A stretch of 54,774 nucleotides of DNA from a virus. Taxonomy: Duplodnaviria > Caudoviricetes. The stretch lies in the IMG/VR virus record IMGVR_UViG_3300049847_000273, positions 1 to 54,774 of that record; one strand, 5' to 3'. Under the pieces are notes generated by a model. It was not told where the DNA came from. It did not search any database and saw only the letters and a list, made by a program, of their open reading frames with translations. Below are positions 54,735-54,774 of this stretch, piece after piece (the stretch's first letter is position 1; each line of letters opens with the position of its first letter). The position numbers were made by a program, and so were the translations under genes.

Positions 54735-54774
54735 TTTAGTCCTTTTTAGTTTGTTACAGCAAATGTAACAAATT

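Noticed and set aside
1-54774. Alternative genetic code (stop-codon reassignment)
   Set aside because: All hallmark genes are full length under the standard code, and TAA, TAG and TGA all occur as stops

Overview
This window looks like a near-complete ~55 kb genome of a contractile-tailed dsDNA phage of Bacteroidota, probably a Flavobacterium-like host. The host call rests on the AT-rich sequence, recurring TAnnTTTG -7 promoter boxes and A-rich starts without Shine-Dalgarno sites. Almost all genes are on the minus strand. Packaging and head genes are lambda-like (GpA terminase, gpW-like, portal, S49 protease, gpE capsid). Tail genes are Mu-like (sheath, tube, chaperone, tape measure, gpN/gpP/gp45/46/47/48, fibres). 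There are also lysis genes, a recombination/replication module, a C5 methyltransferase, an antirepressor, two acyl-carrier-like proteins and a cluster of small early genes with their own promoters. I saw no integrase, tRNA, CRISPR array or reverse transcriptase. The standout feature is an integron-like cassette array at ~35.5-37.8 kb: five single-gene cassettes, each bracketed by its own complementary GTT.../...AAC core sites, together with five attC-like hairpins. The genes run antisense to the apparent attC top strand and there is no integrase in the window. Other notable structures are three promoter-proximal leaders in which a terminator-like loop pairs with the 5' end, a conserved boxB-like hairpin ahead of terminators at both late operons, two candidate antisense sRNAs, an HNH domain inside the small terminase, a -2 tail-chaperone frameshift and a fossil tail-fibre C-terminus. 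All family assignments are from motif recognition by eye; no searches were run.
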